DNA of 32,371 nucleotides from Deltaproteobacteria bacterium (GCA_026988585.1 JALSKY010000293.1:1-32371); one strand, 5' to 3'; shown: positions 1 through 7,588, numbered from the stretch's first letter. Numbers and translations: made by a program. The notes: generated by a model not told the origin, from the letters alone.

Positions 1-1
1 G

Positions 2-148
2 GAAATCCAGAAACAGCGCGCAGCCGTGCTTGAATCAGCTTTCAAAGAACACAAAAAACGGTTCAAAGGCAAGATGCCGGAACCATTACCGCTGCCCAAG
101 GCAGCATGGATAAACAAACCAAAGGGTAGCCAGGACACGCTACTCTAA
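2..148 (+). mobile_element. 3' end of a DDE (rve/integrase-core type) transposase ORF, IS3/IS481-like, truncated by the window edge
   Basis: Frame 2 is open from the window edge to TAA at 146-148. It reads EIQKQRAAVLESAFKEHKKRFKGKMPEPLPLPKAAWINKPKGSQDTLL. The ...RF.G..P.P..LP.A.WINKP tail matches the C-terminus of rve-type IS transposases as I remember them. I could not delimit the terminal inverted repeat of the element. Confidence 0.45.
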
Positions 149-414
149 TTTATTGCCAACGGTGTCTCATTTTCATTGACATATTCCGTAATCATCAGGC
201 ATCCCTTATGGAGCCAAGCAAAAAAGTCTTAGTTTCAAATAGTTCCTGGTGTATTGGCCCATCACCTATAACTGATTAACTTTTTAACAGCAGAGGGGCT
301 TAAGCAGGCTTCCTCGCCTGCGGGCTAATATAAAAAAAGGAAGGCCGGAGATTCCATGAGTTAATCTGTCAGAGTGGAAAGAAACAGGACCGGAGATCTT
401 GCTAAGGAGCAAAA

Positions 415-1986
415 ATGTATCTGCTGCACCACTTTCTGGAAGAGTCTGCCCGAAGGCATCCGCACAAGATTGCGCTTGTTTGCGGTGATGAGCGCCTAAG
501 CTATGTTGAAGTGGACACCATGGCTGACCGGGTATCACAGGCCTTGCTTGACATGGGAGTCCAGCGTGGAGACAGGGTTGCCATCTACATGGACAACTCC
601 ACGGAGACTGTTATCGCCATGTTTGGCACCCTCAAGGCCGGTGGTATTTTCGTAATGCTGAACCCCGGCCTGAAATCCAGAAAGCTTGGCTATATCCTTC
701 AACACTCAGGCGCCAAGGTCTTGCTGGCCAGCCAAACCGGTGCCCGTATCGTCAATGATATCCTTGATGCCGGACTGAATGAGCTTGGACATATCATCTG
801 GAAGGGCAGAATTCCCCTTGTGGGAAATAAAGGGGTTTGCCAGTTGCTTTGGGATGAGCTTCTTGAAAAAAGACCGGGTGCGCCTGTGTCAGGCTCTGCG
901 GGATTAGTGGACATGAATCCATGCATAGACCTTGACCTGGCTACTATCATATATACCTCCGGCTCAACGGCTGATCCCAAGGGTGTAATGTGCGCCCATT
1001 ACAGTATGATCGCTGCGGCCAGGAGCATCACCTCATATCTCCATATCTCAGAGGAAGATATCATCCTCTGCTGCCTGCCCCTATCTTTTGATTATGGCCT
1101 TTATCAGGTCCTGATGGCCTTTCTTGCCGGGGCAACAGTCATTCTTGAAAAGTCCTTTGCCTATCCATATCCTGTCATGGAGCGGGTGGCCCAGGAGGGT
1201 GTGACCGGGTTTCCCCTCGTGCCCACAATGGCGGCCATCTTGATCCAGATGGAAAGGATCTCAGAGCTTGATTTCAGCAGGTTGCGCTACATAACCAACG
1301 CCGCTGCTGCCCTTCCTGCCAGTCACATCAAAAGACTTCAGTCCCTGTTTCCTGGGGTGGAGATATTTTCCATGTACGGGCTTACGGAATGTAAGCGGGT
1401 TTCATATCTGCCGCCTGAATATATAGACAAGTACCCTGACTCCGTTGGCATTCCAATTCCGAATGAAGAGGTTTGGATAGTTGATGAGCAGGGTCGCAGG
1501 CTGCCTCCGGGTGAAGTTGGGGAGCTTGTGGTGCGCGGCTCCAATGTGATGCAGGGCTATTGGCGTGATCCAGACGAGACAGCTCTTCGGTTCAAAGAGG
1601 TCCCTGGACAAAGGGGCTACATTCTCTACACTGGAGACCTGTTCCGCCAGGATAGTAATGGCCTTCTGTATTTTATCTCTCGAAAGGATGACCTGATAAA
1701 GAGCAGGGCAGAGCGTATCAGCCCAAAGGAGATAGAGGCCTGTCTCCATGATCTGGAAGGGGTGGCGGAGGCGGCTGTAATAGGGGTACCTGATGAGGTC
1801 TTGGGTCAGGCCATAAAGGCCTTTGTGGTCTTGCAACAAGGCAGCAGCCATACTGCTGAATCCATCTTGAAACATTGCCGCAGACACCTTGAGCCATTCA
1901 AGGTTCCCAGCCAGGTTGAACTGATGGACTCCTTGCCAAAATTGCCAAGTGGCAAGGTTGACAAAAGAAGGTTGGCAGACAGTTGA
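415..1986 (+). CDS. AMP-dependent acyl-CoA synthetase/ligase (ANL adenylate-forming superfamily)
   Basis: 523-aa ORF with an AAGGAG RBS at 403-408. It carries the AMP-binding signature IIYTSGSTADPKGV, a GELVVRG...GYW core and a C-terminal LPKLPSGKVDKRRL. The N-terminus LLHHFLEESARRHPHKIALV resembles acyl-CoA ligases I recall from exosortase/EPS loci, which I could not verify. Confidence 0.9.
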   Translation: MYLLHHFLEESARRHPHKIALVCGDERLSYVEVDTMADRVSQALLDMGVQRGDRVAIYMDNSTETVIAMFGTLKAGGIFVMLNPGLKSRKLGYILQHSGAKVLLASQTGARIVNDILDAGLNELGHIIWKGRIPLVGNKGVCQLLWDELLEKRPGAPVSGSAGLVDMNPCIDLDLATIIYTSGSTADPKGVMCAHYSMIAAARSITSYLHISEEDIILCCLPLSFDYGLYQVLMAFLAGATVILEKSFAYPYPVMERVAQEGVTGFPLVPTMAAILIQMERISELDFSRLRYITNAAAALPASHIKRLQSLFPGVEIFSMYGLTECKRVSYLPPEYIDKYPDSVGIPIPNEEVWIVDEQGRRLPPGEVGELVVRGSNVMQGYWRDPDETALRFKEVPGQRGYILYTGDLFRQDSNGLLYFISRKDDLIKSRAERISPKEIEACLHDLEGVAEAAVIGVPDEVLGQAIKAFVVLQQGSSHTAESILKHCRRHLEPFKVPSQVELMDSLPKLPSGKVDKRRLADS

Positions 1987-2005
1987 AACCGAAAAAGGCC
2001 AGCCC

Positions 2006-3127
2006 TCATTCCTGTTTCATGGCATCTGCCATGGAGGTGGCATAGTCTATGTAATCCTGGATGAACCTGCCGGAAATCACATCGGACACAGGAAAGGAGA
2101 TGTCCCTGTCAAGACGGCAACCGCCCATGATTTCAAATAGCTCCTGAGAAAGGCAAAAGAGCCTCTTTCTGTATTCATCCATCTCTATGGCATCTTCTGG
2201 CACACCCTCTGCCCTGCACCTCAATGGCCTGAAGTGGAAGATCCCACATCTGGAATCGAATACCAGCGGGCAAACAAAGCCCTCCTTCTTCCAAACCTCG
2301 GCCAGGAAGGCCGCTACCTGGGCTGGATCAGGCCCGTATATGTCCACGGCATGGGCTCTGGCCTTTTCGAGCCTGCTGGATATCCTGGATGCCCTTCTTG
2401 CTGCAAGAAACCGTCTCATCATAGAGAGCTGCTGCGGAATCTTGTGCTGGATATATATGGCCTCTATCAGGCCCACCTCAAAATAGCCCTTGCAGCACTC
2501 TACACTATCCATGCCGCACCGGACAAAAGTCCTTTGCTGCTGAGTCCTGAAAAGTTCCAGGTCTGCCTCCCTGACAATCCTTTCATAACGGGTCAGGTAT
2601 GGAGATATGTCTATGATGTTGTCGCTGTTTATGGCCTTTTGTGCTATGGGCGGGGCATGGTAAGGTTTGTCAGCCCCAGCGGCCCTTTTTTCATAGCGCC
2701 TGAGCAGCTGCCACTGGCTGAAGCTGGTGGGACAGGCCCTGGTGCCCTTGAGCTCTTTGGATGCCGCCTTAAGCCCAAGCCCATGCCTGATGAGATAGGC
2801 TGTAACAAAGGTGCCAGTTCTTCCTATACCGTGTCTGCAGTGGATCAGGACCTTCTTGCCCTTTGAGATGCGCTTGTCCACCCAGTCCAAGGCCCTTTCC
2901 ATCTCTTCCATGTCAGGTACTGACTCGTCAGCAACAGGCAGGAAATAGACATCCAGGCCGGATTCGGCCTCGATCAGGTGCAGGTCGCAGAACTCTCCAC
3001 ACAGGTTTACCACGGCATCTATGCCCTGTTTCTTCAACTCTTCTATGGCATTGAAGGACAAAGGGGCACAACCTACGGCAATCTCCGGGGTAACCCAATT
3101 TATCTCACGGCCTGCCTCTGACGCCAC
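2006..3127 (-). CDS. Dual-specificity (Cys-based) phosphatase domain fused to a YkgJ/COG0727-like Cys-cluster domain
   Basis: 373-aa ORF with a GTG start and an AAGGAG RBS 7 nt upstream. The N-terminal ~150 aa carry the HCX5R(T) P-loop VLIHCRHGIGRTGT (Cys97 codon at 2837-2839) and an upstream acidic loop PVADESVP. The C-terminal region (aa ~195-345) has RCGMDSVECC and CPLVFDSRCGIFHFRPLRCR. These resemble the CxxCxxCC ... CPFL..C.IY..RP..CR pattern of YkgJ-family proteins, with the first motif degenerate. Confidence 0.8.
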   Translation of the reverse strand: MASEAGREINWVTPEIAVGCAPLSFNAIEELKKQGIDAVVNLCGEFCDLHLIEAESGLDVYFLPVADESVPDMEEMERALDWVDKRISKGKKVLIHCRHGIGRTGTFVTAYLIRHGLGLKAASKELKGTRACPTSFSQWQLLRRYEKRAAGADKPYHAPPIAQKAINSDNIIDISPYLTRYERIVREADLELFRTQQQRTFVRCGMDSVECCKGYFEVGLIEAIYIQHKIPQQLSMMRRFLAARRASRISSRLEKARAHAVDIYGPDPAQVAAFLAEVWKKEGFVCPLVFDSRCGIFHFRPLRCRAEGVPEDAIEMDEYRKRLFCLSQELFEIMGGCRLDRDISFPVSDVISGRFIQDYIDYATSMADAMKQE

Positions 3128-3168
3128 ACCTTGCTCCTTTCATCCCAAATTACCGTCTGCATAATTTG

Positions 3169-3198
3169 GCGTGATCAGACACTGATCCGCTTTATTTT
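3169..3198 (+). other. Stem-loop (GCGTGATCAG-aca-CTGATC-CGC) followed by TTTATTTT on the plus strand, between two minus-strand genes
   Basis: Read directly from the sequence. It is a 9-bp stem with one bulge and a 3-nt loop at 3169-3190, with a T-rich run at 3191-3198. The terminator-like polarity is on the plus strand, but both flanking genes are on the minus strand. Confidence 0.35.
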
Positions 3199-3252
3199 CA
3201 CGGCAATAGTACGGCATGGATGTACGAGTCTCATGAAAGTCTGGAGCCATAT

Positions 3253-5877
3253 CTACGGTCCATCTCCATCTTGTAAAGGGGTTTTATGATACTGACCTTG
3301 GATACCCTGGAAAAAGGCCTTTGTGTGCTGCTCAACCATCTCCATGTCTTTAAGGTAGATGTCCATGAGCTGTGTTACAGCAGCAAGCCTGCCTATCTGT
3401 TCCAGAAGATCCTCTATGGTATGCCTGTCCCCTTCTGTAAATCTTGCATCTATCATGTCTGCCCTCTGTCTTACAGAGAAACCGAGCCGGACAAGGATCC
3501 TGCGTATAAACTCGGCCCTTAACATCCTTCCTTCTGCTCTGCCGCCCCCGCCTGCAAAACGGAACAGTATGTAGTTTTTGACCTGCTCCTCACTGCATAG
3601 GGTGTCCAGGACCACGAAGTGATAGCCAAACCTCATGTTCATGTTTAGATAGTCCTCTGCTATCACTGCATAAGTGGCCAGGGCGGCGGAGTCCTTTCTG
3701 CCTATGCCTCCAGCCAGCGCTATGGTATCAAAGCTCCTCCAGTCAAAACGGCTCAATTCTTCCTGGACTGCACGGTCCTGGTCCAGGCCGCAAAGGAGGG
3801 CCTTAAGCGGTCGGCACGCCACCTGTTCCAGGGTGACCAGGCCCTTGTCCCCAGCCTCTGGCCTGATCCCTCCTCCAATATCCACCACGAAGATCTGTAT
3901 GGGGACGTTTGAGAGTGCTAATTTTCGGCCCCTGGCCTTTCCCCTGCCTATCCCTCCCGTGTGGAACATGAGTCTTACCGCCCTTTCATGGCAGAACCTG
4001 ACTATGTCATGGATGGTGCGGCACCCTTCTGGCCTGAAGTTTTCAGACTCTGGATCTGTGAGGTTGAGTGGCATTATGAAGGAGAGCATCATCTCAAGCC
4101 TGCGGAAAAAAGGTGTGTGCACTCCTATCCCCCTGTTTTCTGCCTTGATGCTGTCTGTTTGTACCAGCCCCTCTATAACCACTCCTTCCTCAGCAAACAT
4201 GGTTACCTCCTGTCCGGGCTTAAGCCTCCTTGTGGCATCCTTGGTGTTGACCAGTACAGGTACCTTGAACTCCCTTGCAACCAATGCCAGGTGGCCGGCA
4301 GGGCTTCCAGAATCGGTTATGATGCCTGAAACCCTGTCCAACAAAACCGCATACTGGGGCAGAGCGCTTTTGGCCACAACTATGGCTCCCTGGGGTACCT
4401 GAGGCGATGCAGCCGTACTATCATCCTGAGACAGCAGATGTACCCGGCCTGCGCCAACTCCACCGGAAGCGCACTGACCGCCGGATATGAGGATGCGCGC
4501 CGCCTCAGGGATGCGGTTGGAACTGCCGTTTCTTCTTTGAGCTCCACTGACAGCTAACTGTTCTGAAGGGGCGGAAGGCCCCAGTGGCCTTGCCTGCAGG
4601 ATGTAGAGCCTTCCGTCCTGGTCGATGCACCACTCTATGTCCTGGGGTGTGGCAAAGTGGTTTTCTATCTCCTGGGCCCACGTTGCAAGGGTCAGGGCCT
4701 GGTGGTCATCTATGGCGAGGTGTACAGGGGCTGCTTTTTGTCCAGCAGAGATCCCTTTTGGATGGGTCTCTTTTCCTGGGACCTTTTCAACGATCCTTGG
4801 CTGTCCTCCCTTTTCTACCACAAAGATATCGGCAGATACCCTGCCGCCTACGATCTCTTCACCTGCCCCTGGTGCTGCGTATATGATGAGCCGTCTGCTG
4901 CCATGGCCTTTTTGACCTTGCTGTACTGAAGAGTGGATAACCCCGCTGGCCTTGGCCCTGATCTGCTTGCATATGAGCACTGCCATTGGAGTCTCTTCAT
5001 CTGAAAGGCCTTGGGTTATCCTGTAAAACAGTGCCCTTTCACTGTATTTGCTGGCAATTACACTCCTGTACGCATATTCCAGGCTGCCTTTGTCAACATT
5101 GAGCTCACTGTGGTACTGGCCGGCAAAGGTCAGTTGGCCATCTTCGGAAACGGCACTGCTCCTAAGGGCTACAAGCAGCCCGTGTTGCCCTTTTTCCTGC
5201 CCTGAAAGCCCTGTCCATGCACTCTCAAGGGCCTCCTGGATCTCTGAGGGAAGCCTGGCTGCAAACATGGCCGCCATGAGCCTTTTCGAACATTGGTTAA
5301 GGCCATTGGCATCATGGATATCCAGCCTTGAAAGCTCTTCATCTATAGGGCCCCGCAGCCCGTTTTCTTCTATTAACCTTGAAAAGGCCCTGGTGGTGAT
5401 GACAAAGCTGTCCGGCACCGGCAGGCCGAGATCCCTCTTCAGTATGGCAAGGTTGGCTGCCTTCCCCCCTGCTACCAAGAGGCCATCCTGTTTTGGGATC
5501 TTGTCAATGGGGAGCAGATAGGGCACAGACCTTTCCGCCAGGCCTGCTACGGGCATCCATTCTATGATGCGGATTACGTATTTGTGGATCTGTTTGTATA
5601 TATCTTCAAGGGCGCTGTAAGATGCCGGATCCATCTCCCTTAATGCCTTTATCATGCCAAGGATGCAGACTGAGAGCCTGCGGTATCGTTCTTTTAGGGC
5701 AGCATGGTCCAACAGGCGCTTTCGAAACAGTATGTCCTCGAGGTCAGCCATGAGTTCATGGGCCCTCTTGTCATGCTCCAGAAGGGTCTTGAAGGCCCTG
5801 TACCGCTCCTGGAGCAGGGCCTCTGGGGCAAAGATCTCAAGGGACAGGTGTTTGAATAGGTTTTTTAGCAACTGCAT
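3253..5877 (-). CDS. PEP-synthase/pyruvate-phosphate-dikinase-like enzyme (PPDK_N ATP-grasp plus swivel phospho-His domain) with uncharacterised N- and C-terminal domains
   Basis: 874-aa ORF. Residues ~125-432 contain GGKAANLAILK, ALRSSAVSEDG and DIEWCIDQDGRLYILQARPL, which mark a PPDK_N-type nucleotide-binding domain. Residues ~465-570 contain GGVGAGRVH...IVVAKSALPQYAVLLDRVSGIITDSGSPAGHLALVAREFKVPVLV, a PEP-utilizer mobile domain with His529 at codon 4291-4293. In aa ~585-874 I did not recognise the canonical PEP/pyruvate TIM-barrel motifs. Confidence 0.85.
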   Translation of the reverse strand: MQLLKNLFKHLSLEIFAPEALLQERYRAFKTLLEHDKRAHELMADLEDILFRKRLLDHAALKERYRRLSVCILGMIKALREMDPASYSALEDIYKQIHKYVIRIIEWMPVAGLAERSVPYLLPIDKIPKQDGLLVAGGKAANLAILKRDLGLPVPDSFVITTRAFSRLIEENGLRGPIDEELSRLDIHDANGLNQCSKRLMAAMFAARLPSEIQEALESAWTGLSGQEKGQHGLLVALRSSAVSEDGQLTFAGQYHSELNVDKGSLEYAYRSVIASKYSERALFYRITQGLSDEETPMAVLICKQIRAKASGVIHSSVQQGQKGHGSRRLIIYAAPGAGEEIVGGRVSADIFVVEKGGQPRIVEKVPGKETHPKGISAGQKAAPVHLAIDDHQALTLATWAQEIENHFATPQDIEWCIDQDGRLYILQARPLGPSAPSEQLAVSGAQRRNGSSNRIPEAARILISGGQCASGGVGAGRVHLLSQDDSTAASPQVPQGAIVVAKSALPQYAVLLDRVSGIITDSGSPAGHLALVAREFKVPVLVNTKDATRRLKPGQEVTMFAEEGVVIEGLVQTDSIKAENRGIGVHTPFFRRLEMMLSFIMPLNLTDPESENFRPEGCRTIHDIVRFCHERAVRLMFHTGGIGRGKARGRKLALSNVPIQIFVVDIGGGIRPEAGDKGLVTLEQVACRPLKALLCGLDQDRAVQEELSRFDWRSFDTIALAGGIGRKDSAALATYAVIAEDYLNMNMRFGYHFVVLDTLCSEEQVKNYILFRFAGGGGRAEGRMLRAEFIRRILVRLGFSVRQRADMIDARFTEGDRHTIEDLLEQIGRLAAVTQLMDIYLKDMEMVEQHTKAFFQGIQGQYHKTPLQDGDGP

Positions 5878-6121
5878 ACAACCTTTGGCAGAGAGACAGG
5901 CCAGAGAACCTTATCCTTGAAACGGTTTGGAAATGGGCTGTCCATGGAATAAAAATGCATATTGCTGGATGCCAGGGCAGTCGCCGAGCCTGTTGTCAAC
6001 TCTGGCCTTTACTGGCGCTTTAGATTACCAGAGCTTTCAGATATCATAACTGCTACCTGCCTTGGCCCTCTTTAATCTTGACGCAGCTAAAAAGGTAAAA
6101 ATGCTACTGGATGATTTTAGA

Positions 6122-6160
6122 TAAAGGGCTAAGAACGCCTGAAAGAATCACAGCCCTTTA
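6122..6160. repeat. Perfect 9-bp inverted repeat TAAAGGGCT-N21-AGCCCTTTA in the 420-bp gap upstream of the dikinase-like gene
   Basis: Read directly from the sequence. The arms are at 6122-6130 and 6152-6160. There is no adjacent U-tract on either strand, so it is not a canonical terminator. Confidence 0.4.
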
Positions 6161-6298
6161 CGGATTGAGATCGGCATAGAGAAAGACCAAACTGATGCCA
6201 ATGTCCCCAGGCCTCTGAATGAATAATAAACAGCTCCTGGGTTGTTTTGCCACCTTAACTCACTGTTTCTCAGGCGAATTGAGGCGGAAAATCTCTTT

Positions 6299-6547
6299 TC
6301 ACACAATGTCATCCATGCTTACAACTGTGCAGGTCATGGTGTGCTGGATAGCATCTATTGTCTGAAGTTTCTTCATGACCATCTTTGATAGAGAATCATG
6401 GGATTCCGTCTCTACCTGGGCGATAATATCATAAGGTCCCATAATGACATCGAGATGGGTTACCTCTGGCATCTGCTTCAACATATCCACTACATCAGCA
6501 GTCTTTCCAATCCTGGTATTTATGAGAATATAGGCCTTCAGGGACAT
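6299..6547 (-). CDS. Stand-alone Lrp/AsnC-type ligand-binding (RAM) domain protein with no HTH domain
   Basis: 82-aa ORF with a strong RBS AAAGGAGAGG (6551-6560, minus strand) just upstream of the ATG. KAYILINTRIGKTADVVDMLKQMPEVTHLDVIMGPYDIIAQVE fits the AsnC_trans_reg/RAM fold signature. The ORF is too short to include a DNA-binding domain. Confidence 0.75.
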   Translation of the reverse strand: MSLKAYILINTRIGKTADVVDMLKQMPEVTHLDVIMGPYDIIAQVETESHDSLSKMVMKKLQTIDAIQHTMTCTVVSMDDIV

Positions 6548-6760
6548 AATCCTCTCCTTTCACATAGTTGAAATCAATGGGATCAAACTTCTCTATCAGA
6601 GTCCTGTTCTGCTGGCTCAATAACGGGATGATCCATCAGGAACTGGACTGCTTGAGCCTTCTTTCTGCCCATAAATCTATGAGAAACCTGGCTACAAGCA
6701 CCCCGCCCAGCAACAAAAGAAAACCGCCACTCCGTAATCTGCTCACACCATCCACCCTGT

Positions 6761-7549
6761 TTAGTTCTGATCCTGGGCTGCGGAAACGGAACACCCAAGG
6801 CAGCCACCTGAAAAGAGCTTCTTCTTCACCCAGCGCATGGCATAAGCCAGAAGCTCCTCTTCATCACTTGATATCCTCTCGATGATCTCTTCATCTTCCA
6901 TATATCTTTCAAGATTGGGACCTTCAAGAAAGTTGATCCGAAAGCTGTCAATATCATAGCAGCCCATGTAGAAGATATCTATCTGATCTGCAGTGAGATG
7001 TTCAATCCCTGCCTCCTGTTTGGCCTGATATAGCTCACCAAAGATATCATTCATCTCGTTGTACTTGACAACTCCCTCATTCTCTTTCCATTCTCTGATT
7101 GTCCACTCTTTTCCATCCTTGAATCCGCGACAGTCCGGCTCCCTGACAATGTAATAGAACTCCTCCACCCCCTCTATTTCCGTTGAACGCCTGGCCATTC
7201 GGGCCAATGGATAGGTGCGGCATGCACCAGGCCGATCCTCATAGATGGTGCAACCCTTGTTTTCCTCCAGAAATGGACATTTCAGATAGGGATCTTCCAT
7301 CTTCAGCATAACGACAGGAAGTCCTGAGCCAAATCCTACATGCACGGATGTATATTTTTTAAGGAATTCAGAGCTGGTCATCCCAAGCCTGTTCTTGATC
7401 CTCAATATATCATAAGGCATCAACACCAGATTCAGGTCATAACAGCAGCGTGTAAAACAGCTCTTTTCAGGGGTACAGGAAAAACAGAAAGTATCATCAT
7501 CCTGAAGTGCCTTGGAATCGTCTATATAAGGTTCAGGTCCGTTGGGCAT
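6761..7549 (-). CDS. YkgJ-family cysteine-cluster protein (COG0727, putative Fe-S/Zn-binding, function unknown)
   Basis: 262-aa ORF with an AAGGAG RBS upstream. It has the classic pattern FCFSCTPEKSCFTRCC followed by KCPFLEENKGCTIYEDRPGACRTYP. Confidence 0.85.
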   Translation of the reverse strand: MPNGPEPYIDDSKALQDDDTFCFSCTPEKSCFTRCCYDLNLVLMPYDILRIKNRLGMTSSEFLKKYTSVHVGFGSGLPVVMLKMEDPYLKCPFLEENKGCTIYEDRPGACRTYPLARMARRSTEIEGVEEFYYIVREPDCRGFKDGKEWTIREWKENEGVVKYNEMNDIFGELYQAKQEAGIEHLTADQIDIFYMGCYDIDSFRINFLEGPNLERYMEDEEIIERISSDEEELLAYAMRWVKKKLFSGGCLGCSVSAAQDQN

Positions 7550-7588
7550 CTGATTATCAGCTCCTTTTCAAAAAAACTCTTCTCGTGA

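Noticed and set aside
284-538. 84-aa minus-strand ORF overlapping the acyl-CoA ligase start
   Set aside because: It overlaps the ligase RBS and N-terminus, and has no RBS or recognisable motif.
5957-5975. Sigma-54-like TGGCAT...TGCA element on the minus strand upstream of the dikinase-like gene, and a similar TGGCAT-N-GCA at 14686-14702 upstream of the K+ channel gene
   Set aside because: The GG-to-GC spacing does not fit the -24/-12 consensus (GG-N10-GC). The first is off by 3 nt and the second by 1 nt.
6568-6885. 105-aa (+) and 74-aa (-, 6583-6807) ORFs in the YkgJ/RAM spacer
   Set aside because: Both overlap the 3' end of the YkgJ gene, lack RBSs and have Arg/Ser/Pro-rich compositions. 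I treat the 213-bp spacer as non-coding.
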